Of a DNA stretch of 64,000 nt, positions 51,064-60,325 are shown in pieces. Below the pieces are notes generated by a model. That model had not been told where the DNA came from and ran no database searches. It worked only from the letters and a program-made list of their open reading frames with translations. Origin of the DNA: a virus. Every line of letters begins with the position of its first letter. Positions within the stretch are counted from its first letter, which is position 1. The stretch lies in the IMG/VR virus record IMGVR_UViG_3300046170_000148, positions 1 through 64,000 of that record. One strand, written 5' to 3'. The position numbers were made by a program, and so were the translations under genes.

Positions 51064-52591
51064 GATGAACGCCGTCACTGAACAACTAAAACATAACAGT
51101 GAACAACAACAAGAAGACGCAAAAGAGAACCGCGAAGTTCTTAGTAAAATTGTCGGCAAATTTGCTGAGATGTTCAAACGTGATGACCGTAGTAAACTTG
51201 ATGCACTTGAATCCCAAAGGGATAAAGATAAAAAGGCAAAAGAAACACTTGCACCATTAGCAAAGGTCAGTGCTAAAGATATTCTGTCTCCAAGCGGAAT
51301 ACTTGGTGTTGCGGGTGCGGGTGCAGTCGGGGCTATTGTTGGTCTTGCATCAGCCTATGCAAACTTCTATAAAGATTTGTTTCAAAGAATCGCTGGTGGT
51401 GATAAGAATGGTAAGAAAGGATTCTTTGGTCTTATGAGAACACGGATTCTCGCACCATTCAAAAATTTCATGATTGGGTTTACCAAGATTGGAGCTGAGA
51501 TAAATGCTGGTGTGAAAGGTCTAAAAGAACTCAAAGTTTCAGACTTTACCACTAAAATGGCTAAACTAGGTGCAACACTAAGATTGTCACTCGCTGGTGG
51601 TATTCTCAAACCGTTTGGTGATTTGGTTCGTGGAATAATTGAGCCATTCAAATTCTTGAGAGAAAATTTCAAATCTTTCGGGGTTGATAAAAATCCTGTT
51701 ATACGAGCAATCTCTAATTTTGTTGGAGTGTTTGGCCGCTTTCTTGGTTTCTTTGTTGGAATAATTGGTAGAGTATTCTCAGCGCCATTTGTTTTTGCAT
51801 TTAATTTCGTTAAAGAACTGATTACTGGTGAGGGTGATATTGGACAAAGAATTGTCACCGGCCTCCTAGAAGGTGTTCGAGGTGTCATCAACTTCTTTAT
51901 CTTTGACTTCGTTGAAATCATAACAGGTGGGTTAAGAAAAGTATCTGAATATTTCGACTTTGAATTTGGTGTAAAAGTTGCAGATGCTTTTGATAAAACT
52001 ATTGGAAAAATAGGTGATGCATTCAACGAAGCGTTTGACCTTTTGACAGGATTTGTCTTGGGTGAAGATTTGAATGAATTAGCAAATAATTCACCAACTC
52101 TTCAAGCGTTTGTAGAATGGCTTAAACTTGGTTGGTTGAGAGACGGAGTTGCAGAACTTTTTTCCTTTGCTGACAATTATGTAAAAGAAAGTATCATTCC
52201 AAAAGTAAAGAGTATTTTTGACTTCGTTGGTGAACTATTCGACAGATTGGTTCAAAACGTAAAAAGCTTTATAAAAGACAAACTTGGAATAACAGACGCC
52301 GGTGAAGTGCAAGGCAATGCTTTTCAAGATGTAAATCAAGCTGATTTGTCTGATGAACAACGCAAGTTCTTAGAACAAAGAAATCAAGCACTACAGAAAA
52401 TTAAAGAAGAAAACCTACAGGGTGATGCATTGAAGTCACGTCTCGATGCAATCAATAAGTTGGCAACAGAACAAGGTGTTGCAGGAATGAACTATGTGGA
52501 CAATAGCACTGGTGCAATTTATCAGTCAGCAAACTCATTTATTCAAGACTACTCGGCTGCAACCGACGATACCGACAAGAAGCCTAATTAA
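51056..52591 (+). CDS. probable tape-measure protein (gp29-like)
   Basis: Helical, G/F/K-rich amphipathic repeats with hydrophobic stretch; follows gp26/gp51. Confidence 0.65.
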   Translation: MAEMNAVTEQLKHNSEQQQEDAKENREVLSKIVGKFAEMFKRDDRSKLDALESQRDKDKKAKETLAPLAKVSAKDILSPSGILGVAGAGAVGAIVGLASAYANFYKDLFQRIAGGDKNGKKGFFGLMRTRILAPFKNFMIGFTKIGAEINAGVKGLKELKVSDFTTKMAKLGATLRLSLAGGILKPFGDLVRGIIEPFKFLRENFKSFGVDKNPVIRAISNFVGVFGRFLGFFVGIIGRVFSAPFVFAFNFVKELITGEGDIGQRIVTGLLEGVRGVINFFIFDFVEIITGGLRKVSEYFDFEFGVKVADAFDKTIGKIGDAFNEAFDLLTGFVLGEDLNELANNSPTLQAFVEWLKLGWLRDGVAELFSFADNYVKESIIPKVKSIFDFVGELFDRLVQNVKSFIKDKLGITDAGEVQGNAFQDVNQADLSDEQRKFLEQRNQALQKIKEENLQGDALKSRLDAINKLATEQGVAGMNYVDNSTGAIYQSANSFIQDYSAATDDTDKKPN

Positions 52592-52592
52592 A

Positions 52593-52616
52593 AAAGGGTG
52601 ACCGAAGCCACCCTTT
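52593..52616. terminator. bidirectional terminator between convergent genes
   Basis: AAAGGGTG-accgaagc-CACCCTTT hairpin flanked by A/T runs. Confidence 0.8.
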
Positions 52617-52641
52617 CTCATCATCCATAGGAGAATGAATC

Positions 52642-53562
52642 CTAGTCTTCCGCAGCGAGTTTCGCGAAGTAAGACAGTGTGTCATCATCGTCATCGGTTG
52701 ATGCGATGGCAGGTTCAGGCGCAGACTGAATGACTTGCGGTTCTGTTGCTTTTGGTTCAACAGTCTCGGCAGTCTGTGTCAGTGCTTCGTTCTTGACAGT
52801 TGCACCACCACCTGTTGCTTGACCCAGAACAGTTTCGAGACGTGCTTTCAACTCATCATAGGTTTTGTAACTTGATGCATCGGTGAACTCAGTGACCTCG
52901 TGCAACTGATTGTAGGTTGCTTCGAGTTTGGTCTCATCGGCATCGAACAACGCAGCGGGTGCTTTGAACTCTGACTTGTCATAGTTACGATATCCTGCAA
53001 CGTTACGAATCTTCAGTTGGAAGTTCGCACCAGCCCAGAAGTCAAACGGATTGATTGGTGTTTCGCCAGGAAACTCTGGTTGCATCTTGTCCATAACCTT
53101 ATCAAAGATTTTCTTACCATAGTCATACAGGAATACCTTACCCTCATTCTGAGGATTGGCAGGGTCACTGATAACAATGATGTTAGAGACGTGATGCAGA
53201 CGGCGTTTCTGTTTACGCGCAGTTTCTTTGTCTTCCTCGATACCAGAGTTCCAAAGACGTGAGTTGTATTCACTCACAGGGTCATTGTTACCCAGAGTAG
53301 TCAGAGACTTCTCAACATACCATTGACCAGTCGGGCCTTTGAAGAAGTGGTCGAAGTAACGAACCCACGGGAGTTCCTGACCTTCGACAGCAGGAAGAAA
53401 ACGAATCTCTGCGTATCCGTTACCAGCGTCATCGACAGTTGGTTTCCAGAAACGTAGGTCTTCATATTTGTTTTTGGTTTGTTTTGTGCCAGACATTTCT
53501 TGGGCAGCAGATGCCAGTTTAGAAATATCAGGACGATTAGATTTTAGATTTGCAAAAGACAT
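52642..53562 (-). CDS. gp32: single-stranded DNA-binding protein
   Basis: D.RFWKP..D.AGNGYA.IRFLP, YGKKIFDK, NPFDFW.GANF.LKIR.V.GY.NYDKSEF, acidic tail. Confidence 0.97.
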   Translation of the reverse strand: MSFANLKSNRPDISKLASAAQEMSGTKQTKNKYEDLRFWKPTVDDAGNGYAEIRFLPAVEGQELPWVRYFDHFFKGPTGQWYVEKSLTTLGNNDPVSEYNSRLWNSGIEEDKETARKQKRRLHHVSNIIVISDPANPQNEGKVFLYDYGKKIFDKVMDKMQPEFPGETPINPFDFWAGANFQLKIRNVAGYRNYDKSEFKAPAALFDADETKLEATYNQLHEVTEFTDASSYKTYDELKARLETVLGQATGGGATVKNEALTQTAETVEPKATEPQVIQSAPEPAIASTDDDDDTLSYFAKLAAED

Positions 53563-53598
53563 TTGTATTCTCCGTATATTTGCGTATTATGTGTATTC

Positions 53599-53627
53599 AT
53601 TGTATCATAATATAGTGTATTTGTCAA
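53599..53627 (-). promoter_or_regulatory. sigma70-type promoter for gp32
   Basis: TTGACA-N17-TACAAT with extended TG. Confidence 0.8.
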
Positions 53628-53636
53628 TACATTTAT

Positions 53637-53912
53637 TTATTCGGATAAGGATTTTGAGTTACCCTTATCCAGATAATTGAGTTTCATTGCTTCCATCTCA
53701 ATTCTCTGCTTAATTGATGTGGAGAGATATTTCTTCACATCTTCAACCTCTATCGTATTTTCTAGACAGAGGTGAATTACAGCGTCCATATAGGACAGAC
53801 TGTTTCGTTTAACGGTGTCCTCAATCATACGAGAGAACTTCTTCTTACTTAGAAAGTTTGCCTCCTCGTTTGAGTCAGAGTCAACACCACCAATAATTAA
53901 ATCAACCTTCAA
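53637..53912 (-). CDS. gp33: late transcription coactivator
   Basis: F...IE..V.....SYMDAVI..C....IE.EDV.K.LS..IK.RIE.EA..LNYL; adjacent to gp32. Confidence 0.85.
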   Translation of the reverse strand: MKVDLIIGGVDSDSNEEANFLSKKKFSRMIEDTVKRNSLSYMDAVIHLCLENTIEVEDVKKYLSTSIKQRIEMEAMKLNYLDKGNSKSLSE

Positions 53913-54358
53913 GTTCTTCTTTCAACTCCTTAGACCACATACCAACATCATCATACCAGACACCGACTGTGCGTTTCACTTCACCGTATTCATCATAAAG
54001 CTTTCGCAAGACAACGATATTTAATTTTACTCTCACGGTCTTCTCCATAACGAAAGTCTAACCAGACACCACTAGTCAAATATTTTTTCATATTATAGAT
54101 GTAGACTTCAAGGTCTTTGTATTGGGCTCTCTCAGTATACTTACTAGATTTCTTGAGATGCCTAATACCTTTTAGTTCCAACTCACAGGACTTAATCCAT
54201 TGCTTCACTTTCTTCCAATGAAGGTAATGGTCTTCAGGAAGGTCACGAATACTCTCGTGAACTCCCATCCGACCATCGTGACCTCGTGCTGCCCGTGCTT
54301 TCGCAAGACGTTCAGACGCAGCCTTCTTCTGTTCCGCAGTGAGTTTTCTCTTTGCCAT
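53902..54358 (-). CDS. conserved hypothetical protein (extra base at 53997-53999)
   Basis: ERLAKARAAR, YL.SGVWLD.RYG; repaired end CLAKAYDEYGEVKRTVGVWYDDVGMWSKELKEELEG. Confidence 0.75.
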
Positions 54359-54361
54359 ACA

Positions 54362-54634
54362 CTATATAGTGTCGAAAGTTTGCAAAGTATTTACACGGAA
54401 AGAACGCCACCCCTCTACATCAAGGTCATAAACACGAACAACTTCTTTTTTATCTTGAAGATGTTTTCTCCTGTCAGGGTCACCATCAGGACGAGGAATG
54501 TAATCCTCTTTCAGTGTAGCTCGCATGTTGCGAACTTGACCATCTTTCACTTTGATGAAAGACAGACGAACAATTCCATTTTCTAATTGTTCGATTATAT
54601 TATCATATGTTAAATCAATTCCAGTCATTGTCAT
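54362..54634 (-). CDS. SH3/WYL-like beta-barrel protein
   Basis: F.KVKDG..R.MRATL ... V.VYDL...GWRSFR. Confidence 0.7.
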   Translation of the reverse strand: MTMTGIDLTYDNIIEQLENGIVRLSFIKVKDGQVRNMRATLKEDYIPRPDGDPDRRKHLQDKKEVVRVYDLDVEGWRSFRVNTLQTFDTI

Positions 54635-54776
54635 ATCCTACTGTGTCTTGATAAGAGTTGGTAACACCAATCTCATCGAAATAATCTTTTGTGTCATTCC
54701 AATACAGAACGTCACGGTTATCATAGTCACCTTCGAACAGGTCTTCAGCAACTTTCTTTTTACGGCGGTCAATCAT
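54615..54776 (-). CDS. small hypothetical protein
   Basis: MIDRRKKK..., coupled to flanking genes. Confidence 0.5.
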   Translation of the reverse strand: MIDRRKKKVAEDLFEGDYDNRDVLYWNDTKDYFDEIGVTNSYQDTVGYDNDWN

Positions 54777-55315
54777 TATGCACACTCCTTCCACCAATCA
54801 GGTTCATCACGATTTGTCCATTTAGCAAATGAACGTTTCTCATTCAAGTAGTAGAAGCGATATGCATCTACTGGGTCTTCGCGTTTGCAATAGTCAGGCA
54901 TTGCTTGAGCGAATTTCGTCAATCCCACTTTGGGGATGTTCTTAGGTATGTTGAGTAGTATATCAGATAAACGAGTATCTGTCAAGTGATATTTTCCATA
55001 CCGATGTGTATATTCTTTACACGCACTACGAAAGTGACGATACAACCAGAAGTAGTTATCATCAGACTCACGCAACCAGATATTTGATGGGTGGTTGACA
55101 TGAGATGCCTTGTAGAGTTGATTGTCAAGTGTTGGATGTTTCCAACGAGCAATCTTACGGCCATTCACAGTCTTACCATAATAGTGTTCACCATCAAGCA
55201 CACGATGTGCGGTTGACATTAGTTGAGCATACTCGACAATCATCTTGACAACATGTTTGTCAAGCATCATCTGGGCTGCCTTGATAGGGTCATTGTCTAG
55301 GTGAAAGATATTCAT
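54776..55315 (-). CDS. pyrimidine-dimer DNA glycosylase / endonuclease V-like protein
   Basis: MNIFHLD.DP..AA....DKHVVKM.VEYAQLMSTAH, H.NHPS..W, F.QAMP, AYR.YY..EK. Confidence 0.8.
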   Translation of the reverse strand: MNIFHLDNDPIKAAQMMLDKHVVKMIVEYAQLMSTAHRVLDGEHYYGKTVNGRKIARWKHPTLDNQLYKASHVNHPSNIWLRESDDNYFWLYRHFRSACKEYTHRYGKYHLTDTRLSDILLNIPKNIPKVGLTKFAQAMPDYCKREDPVDAYRFYYLNEKRSFAKWTNRDEPDWWKECA

Positions 55316-55452
55316 TTCGGTAAGCACCCCACAATATGTTTGACGGTATCGACTTCCTTGAGAATCTCATAGGCATTCACACAGTGATTATAACTGGTGA
55401 ACTCCACGACTTCGACACTACCTGTCATCGTAAATAAAACTAGAAAATACAT
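55312..55452 (-). CDS. small hypothetical protein (46 aa)
   Basis: MYFLVLFTMTGSVEVVEF...CLPK read by hand; overlapping stop/start on both sides. Confidence 0.55.
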   Translation of the reverse strand: MYFLVLFTMTGSVEVVEFTSYNHCVNAYEILKEVDTVKHIVGCLPK

Positions 55453-55754
55453 CATACCAAATTCTCAATCTCTTTTAATACATCAGCAACTTCTTGAAAG
55501 GTCAAATGACCAATCACATCATCAGCGATAGTTGTATTGTAACACAAGTTTCCATTAATGTCAAGCACCGCGACTTCGAAAAGTCCATCGGTGTTGCCAT
55601 ACGAACTCTGATTACAAATCACAGATGCACCGTATCCATTATCAAAAGTATATGTATTCTGATACTGATTACGTTTCCTTATCGACACATGACTTACATT
55701 ACGCTCCGACTGCATTGTAGTAACCCTCCGCTTGAACACGAAACTTAGCTTCAT
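55452..55754 (-). CDS. hypothetical protein (start uncertain)
   Basis: F.NGYGASVI...SYG..DGLFEVAVL, DDVIGHLT..EV. Confidence 0.7.
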   Translation of the reverse strand: MKLSFVFKRRVTTMQSERNVSHVSIRKRNQYQNTYTFDNGYGASVICNQSSYGNTDGLFEVAVLDINGNLCYNTTIADDVIGHLTFQEVADVLKEIENLV

Positions 55755-55947
55755 TCATAATCTGTTCTTTGACGAACAACTCTGAGCCTGTGAACCACGC
55801 ACACGCATCCTGCATGTCGTTGAACTCAGCAATCGGAATGACCGTATCAATCGGGTCTTTCCAGTTGTCCATGCCTTCTGTGAGAGTGTCAAACTTCTCA
55901 CGGAGAACATCAATACGTTCATCAGTAGCAAATGTCAATAACGCCAT
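55699..55947 (-). CDS. hypothetical protein
   Basis: NWKDPI...DAC.WFTGS...V.A.GYY.AVGA. Confidence 0.7.
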   Translation of the reverse strand: MALLTFATDERIDVLREKFDTLTEGMDNWKDPIDTVIPIAEFNDMQDACAWFTGSELFVKEQIMNEAKFRVQAEGYYNAVGA

Positions 55948-56147
55948 TACAGAACCTCCACAACCATTTTGATAAAGTCTTCTAGGGGCATATCAACTTC
56001 CCAGTCTTTTAGACCCTCAACCGTAACATAGTCACGGCGGTCACTGCCAGGCCCATCAAGGACACTAGTGAGTGTGACAGTCTTCTCAACCGAACCCGCA
56101 ACAGGCTCCCATGCATTCACAACAATTTGTTTACCAATCAATTCCAT
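55947..56147 (-). CDS. hypothetical protein
   Basis: 66-aa ORF with AAGGA RBS behind an early promoter. Confidence 0.6.
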   Translation of the reverse strand: MELIGKQIVVNAWEPVAGSVEKTVTLTSVLDGPGSDRRDYVTVEGLKDWEVDMPLEDFIKMVVEVL

Positions 56148-56174
56148 AATCTTTTATCCTTTCGACTATACTTG

Positions 56175-56203
56175 ATTATTACATATCTCGCGGAATTTGT
56201 CAA
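56175..56203 (-). promoter_or_regulatory. sigma70-type early promoter
   Basis: TTGACA-N17-AATAAT with TG. Confidence 0.65.
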
Positions 56204-56333
56204 GCAAAAAATACTCATTAGTGTGAATATATTGTTCGAACTCGTAAACCTCTTGACCAAACGCCTTACGCTCTTTACAGTTCTCGCGATACATCTCACG
56301 AAGGAAAAGTTCAAAATTCATCAGTCTACCTTT

Positions 56334-56588
56334 CTAATAATTCCACTTAGAGAACCCATGACGAGCATCAAACTTCAACATCGTTCTTCCACTGCCACGC
56401 TTATCACTCCTGTAATTAGCAATCTGCACCTTCAAATGATTAGACTTATCCCAGTCTTTATTCTTCCGTGCCACTCTCAGTTCTGTATTAAGTCTCTTCC
56501 AGATACGCTCATTGGCTGCTTTACGCTCCGCCTCTATACTCTTTAGAAGGTCTCGCTTATTCTTCCACTCATGCCATATATAAAACAT
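56334..56588 (-). CDS. hypothetical basic protein
   Basis: 84-aa ORF coupled to upstream ORF. Confidence 0.55.
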   Translation of the reverse strand: MFYIWHEWKNKRDLLKSIEAERKAANERIWKRLNTELRVARKNKDWDKSNHLKVQIANYRSDKRGSGRTMLKFDARHGFSKWNY

Positions 56589-56743
56589 CAGTTCACCTCA
56601 CGAAACTGATAGAGGAACATCTCTGCGTCACGCAAGTGCATGAACCCTTCGATATATGTTTCCTGTTGAAACGGATAGACCCTGACTTCCCACAGTCCGT
56701 CTTTAGTCTGACCCAAAAATTCTACCATAGTTTCAGTATGCAT
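56588..56743 (-). CDS. small hypothetical protein
   Basis: MHTETMVEFLGQTKDGLWEVRVYPF... read by hand. Confidence 0.5.
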   Translation of the reverse strand: MHTETMVEFLGQTKDGLWEVRVYPFQQETYIEGFMHLRDAEMFLYQFREVN

Positions 56744-56888
56744 CGTTCATATCCTCTCCAAATTCTTCAATCAAAGCATCGTGTTCAGGCGTTCCTGCAT
56801 AATACTCACAGAAACTATCTACACAGTGGCCACTGATATCGTTGTCTTCACCACAATAGTCACACTGTCCATAATCAAATTCATCCAT
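56733..56888 (-). CDS. small Cys-rich acidic protein (possible Zn finger)
   Basis: MDEFDYGQCDYCGEDNDISGHCVDSFCEYY...; GAGG RBS. Confidence 0.55.
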   Translation of the reverse strand: MDEFDYGQCDYCGEDNDISGHCVDSFCEYYAGTPEHDALIEEFGEDMNDAY

Positions 56889-56917
56889 AATGTATTCCTC
56901 TCTCAATCTCTATATAC

Positions 56918-56946
56918 ATATTACGACAAAAAACATCTTTTGTCAA
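56918..56946 (-). promoter_or_regulatory. sigma70-type early promoter
   Basis: TTGACA-N17-TAATAT. Confidence 0.65.
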
Positions 56947-56958
56947 GTGTTTTTTTCA

Positions 56959-56966
56959 TATAAATA
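56959..56966 (+). promoter_or_regulatory. late promoter TATAAATA
   Basis: Exact motif upstream of AGGAG and ATG 56985. Confidence 0.8.
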
Positions 56967-56984
56967 GAAGAAAAGGAGACTGAC

Positions 56985-57254
56985 ATGTCTGACGAATTAT
57001 TTGATTTTGGGTTTACCCTTGTAGATGAGAACGAACTGGAAGCAGTCCAGACTGCCACCGCACAGGTCGCATCAGTGTCCTCTAACGTGGAAGAGACCCA
57101 AGAGAAACTCAATAAACTCTATAATGCAATCCAACCGTTGTTGAACAACCTGAAGTTGAATCCTGAAAAGGAATACATCCTATGGCCTAATCGCACGGAG
57201 AAGATTGAACAGTTCGAAGACCATATTCAATCAATCTATCAAGGCGATAAGTAA
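56985..57254 (+). CDS. conserved hypothetical protein
   Basis: FDFGFT, LYNAIQPLLNNL..NPEKEYI.WPNR. Confidence 0.8.
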   Translation: MSDELFDFGFTLVDENELEAVQTATAQVASVSSNVEETQEKLNKLYNAIQPLLNNLKLNPEKEYILWPNRTEKIEQFEDHIQSIYQGDK

Positions 57255-57991
57255 TGTTTCTCAATCAATACCAACCGTTTGCGTATGACTCAAAGGGTAA
57301 TATTAGGTCTAATTATCTAGAGAGTTTGTGGAAAAATAATACATTCGAAACACTGGAAGAGAATGTAAAAAAAGTTTACAAATCACGATTGACTGGCAAA
57401 GAAATCGCATATCTTTCTACAGAGGCATCAATCTTAGATACATTGATGATTATGAAAAAGTTTGAGAACGTCCTGATAGTTTCTACATATGATAATGAAA
57501 ATGTCAGATTGACCAATGAAGAATATACGCCTGTCAGAAGTTATGGTCACCACTTCTTACCGATTATTCACAAGTTAAATGGAAGTGAATATGGTTTGTA
57601 TGTGGCAAATACTAATACATCAGAAAATATGTTCACGAAACTCTATGATGTATACGGTGTCAATAAGATTAATATATCAGACGGATATGTATTAGATAAT
57701 AATAAAGTAAAAATTGACAGCAGTGTTAAGTTTGATGCTATTATTCTAATAAACGCAAAGGGTATGAAGAAGGGAAAGTATCAAGCTAAAAATGTAAAGA
57801 AAGCTTTTGCTCCATACGGAACGGAAGATTTTGTATTGATTGATTTGTTCGGGGGGAGTGAAAGAACTCTTCAACCTACTAAAAACACAACAGAAGATAC
57901 ATTCAGTAAAATTGCATCCATACATAGAAGTAATGACAAATTTTATAATAACATCTCAAATCAATTGAAACAAGTATATAAGGTCTATTAG
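57254..57991 (+). CDS. hypothetical protein, paralogue of next gene
   Basis: KFDAIIL ... FAPYGTEDFVLID.F. Confidence 0.75.
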   Translation: MFLNQYQPFAYDSKGNIRSNYLESLWKNNTFETLEENVKKVYKSRLTGKEIAYLSTEASILDTLMIMKKFENVLIVSTYDNENVRLTNEEYTPVRSYGHHFLPIIHKLNGSEYGLYVANTNTSENMFTKLYDVYGVNKINISDGYVLDNNKVKIDSSVKFDAIILINAKGMKKGKYQAKNVKKAFAPYGTEDFVLIDLFGGSERTLQPTKNTTEDTFSKIASIHRSNDKFYNNISNQLKQVYKVY

Positions 57992-57992
57992 T

Positions 57993-58878
57993 ATGAGTCA
58001 AGAGTTACATATCTATACAGGTGAAGATGATAAAATCGACCTAGTAAATTTCAACGACCTTGGGATGTGTTATATTAATCTTGCTGATGAAATCGAACAA
58101 TACTTTGTTGATAACTGGGAAAATCTCGGCGAATCTATAAATTACCCTGATGTGTATAAAGTAGCTGCTGGTGGTATATTCCAAAATGGCGTGTTCATGA
58201 ATAATCTTTTATACAAAATGGGTAAAAGAAATGTTTTGTTTGTAACAAACTATAACGATTCTGATATGAGTGATGGTTTTTTACTTAGTGACATATCTGG
58301 TGTGACAAATCCTAGCGCTACGAAAGCTAATCTTGGCGAACTTTGGACACCTATGGTTAAACATTTTGGAGCTTTTGTAAAATTCACATCCGCTTTTAAA
58401 CCTAATGATATGAGTTTGGTAAAATATCTACACGGTAGATATGGTGTTCCCGCAACTAATTGTAATGAGAAATACGAACTAGGTATGACTGATTGGGAGA
58501 TTGAAACTCCATCTTCAAAATACGATGTTGTTATATTGTCGGGTATTCCAAATCCTAGTGGTCAGGTTCATAGCGCGGAAGATATTAAATCAGTCTTCGC
58601 GCCATACTGCACCGACGATTTTATTCTTTTTGATATGTTTGAATCTGAACAATCTAGACTAGACTATGTTAAGTTGTGGCCCAATTTTGATGTAGACGAA
58701 TTGAAAAGAATTGGGTCTGAGAGAACTCAAAGAATCGAAGGTGATAAATTAGACTTTATAGAGGAATGTAGAACTATAAATACTTACAGTCTAACTTCTG
58801 AAAGAATTGAAGAATCGACCCAAGCTTTTCAACAGAATTAGTGATATTTTGTTTGAATATTATGTGGATATTTTTTAA
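57993..58878 (+). CDS. hypothetical protein, paralogue of previous gene (extra base at 58819-58821)
   Basis: KYDVVIL ... FAPYCTDDFILFD.F; repaired end KLFNRISDILFEYYVDIF parallels KFYNNISNQLKQVYKVY and its stop overlaps the next ATG. Confidence 0.7.
58775..58782 (+). promoter_or_regulatory. late promoter TATAAATA (intragenic)
   Basis: Exact motif about 95 nt upstream of kinase gene. Confidence 0.5.
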
Positions 58879-59567
58879 TGTTATCATTTAACCAATTCCA
58901 ATATATCGAAGAGGGTGTTAACGACCCTGCAATCTTCAAGGCAGTATTCCTTGCGGGTGGGCCTGGGTCTGGTAAATCTTTTATCGTAGGTAAGACTGGT
59001 CTTCCGCAACTTGGTTTCCGTGTTGTCAACTCTGACGATGCGTTTGAGGTCATGATGAAGAAGGCGGGTAAGGCAATGACCTCTGACGAGATTTTCTCTG
59101 ATGAGGGTCAAGCGATTCGTGGTAGAGCAAAAGCACAGACCAGACTGAAACAAGACATATACATGAAGGGTCGCCTTGGTTTAGTTATTGATGGAACTGG
59201 TAAAGACGTAAATAAAATCATCAAACAAGCAAAAGAACTACAAGACTTAGGGTATGACACTAAGATGATTCTCGTGAATACCGACATTGAGACCGCAATC
59301 AAGAGAGACTCACAGAGAACACGTTCACTTGGTAAGAAGAAGGTTACCGAATACTGGAACACCGTTCAGAAGAATATTGGTGGGCTACAAACTGTTTTTG
59401 GTAAGAAAAACTTTATGATAGTAGATAACTCAGAGGGCAAGGACTATCAGAAAGAAACTCTTCGTGCATATCGTGATGTGAAGAAGTTTATAAGTAAAGA
59501 CCCTGAGAACCCACTCGCCAAGAAGTGGATTAAACAAGAAAAAGAGAAGCGCGGTATTACTCGTTAA
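58878..59567 (+). CDS. P-loop kinase (zeta-toxin/AAA_33-like)
   Basis: KAVFLAGGPGSGKS, VNSDD.FE, LVIDGTG, A..R...R.R lid. Confidence 0.85.
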   Translation: MLSFNQFQYIEEGVNDPAIFKAVFLAGGPGSGKSFIVGKTGLPQLGFRVVNSDDAFEVMMKKAGKAMTSDEIFSDEGQAIRGRAKAQTRLKQDIYMKGRLGLVIDGTGKDVNKIIKQAKELQDLGYDTKMILVNTDIETAIKRDSQRTRSLGKKKVTEYWNTVQKNIGGLQTVFGKKNFMIVDNSEGKDYQKETLRAYRDVKKFISKDPENPLAKKWIKQEKEKRGITR

Positions 59568-59749
59568 CCGTCAAGTGGATTTGGTCGCCACGAGGCTTTT
59601 CTGTAACTAACACTCATCTTTTCCAACTTACCTTCAAGGGTTACAACTCGTCTCTCTAAGTCTTCGATACGTTCTTTGTCGGTCAACATGACCTCACGAG
59701 ACTCACTAATCTTCCGACCCATATAATCCCAATAACTCTCACGCTTCAT
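59564..59749 (-). CDS. small hypothetical protein
   Basis: MKRESYWDYMGRK, coiled-coil tail. Confidence 0.55.
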   Translation of the reverse strand: MKRESYWDYMGRKISESREVMLTDKERIEDLERRVVTLEGKLEKMSVSYRKASWRPNPLDG

Positions 59750-59909
59750 AACCAACTCTTCCTAGTCGGTGAAGAAGACTCGCAATCTTACGAGACTCTT
59801 CGTCATCCAAACTATTACCATAGTTGTGCATATACACTTGTAGTGCTTTACGGATTGTCGCATAGTCATCTGGAGCAAAGACTGCACGAGGTCTTAAATT
59901 ATCCGACAT
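59739..59909 (-). CDS. small hypothetical protein
   Basis: MSDNLRPRAVFAPDDY...LLHRLGRV read by hand. Confidence 0.55.
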   Translation of the reverse strand: MSDNLRPRAVFAPDDYATIRKALQVYMHNYGNSLDDEESRKIASLLHRLGRVGYEA

Positions 59910-60088
59910 TAGTCTTGCCGTTCAAAGTATTGAATACCTTCAGCAAGAATCAGAAAGATACCCGCTAGAAGACCAAGCCATGTGAAGTTGACAATATTAG
60001 TGCCAACTAATGCGCCGCCAATACAGACACCAACCATGTTAGATGCTGGTGTTTCGAAGAATGTTTTTACTTTATTCCAATATTCCAT
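59909..60088 (-). CDS. small membrane protein
   Basis: MEYWNKVKTFFETPASNMVGVCIGGALVGTNIVNFTWLGLLAGIFLILAEG; two hydrophobic segments. Confidence 0.6.
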   Translation of the reverse strand: MEYWNKVKTFFETPASNMVGVCIGGALVGTNIVNFTWLGLLAGIFLILAEGIQYFERQD

Positions 60089-60091
60089 ATT

Positions 60092-60310
60092 CTAATCCTC
60101 GATGTAGATGATTTTGGAATTCTGAACAACAACCAACTTGTCACCTTTGACGAAGTTGTTGACACGCTTGTAGTAAGCGATGTCGGTGTTAGACAGACGG
60201 TCAAGGGAGAACCCTTCGTTCAGTCTGAAAAGACGATAGGTGTTGTTGTCGGCAGAAAGTTCAGGATGAACGTCCTGAAGGACTTGTTCGATTGTTACAG
60301 TTTCACTCAT
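60092..60310 (-). CDS. hypothetical protein
   Basis: MSETVTIEQV with GGAG RBS. Confidence 0.6.
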   Translation of the reverse strand: MSETVTIEQVLQDVHPELSADNNTYRLFRLNEGFSLDRLSNTDIAYYKRVNNFVKGDKLVVVQNSKIIYIED

Positions 60311-60325
60311 TATATGCTCCATGTT

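Noticed and set aside
53563-53600. gp32 autoregulatory pseudoknot as in T4
   Set aside because: Leader is short and A-rich; I could not identify a convincing pseudoknot.
58878-59567. Epsilon-zeta toxin-antitoxin module
   Set aside because: No small antitoxin-like gene adjacent; context is a late phage operon.
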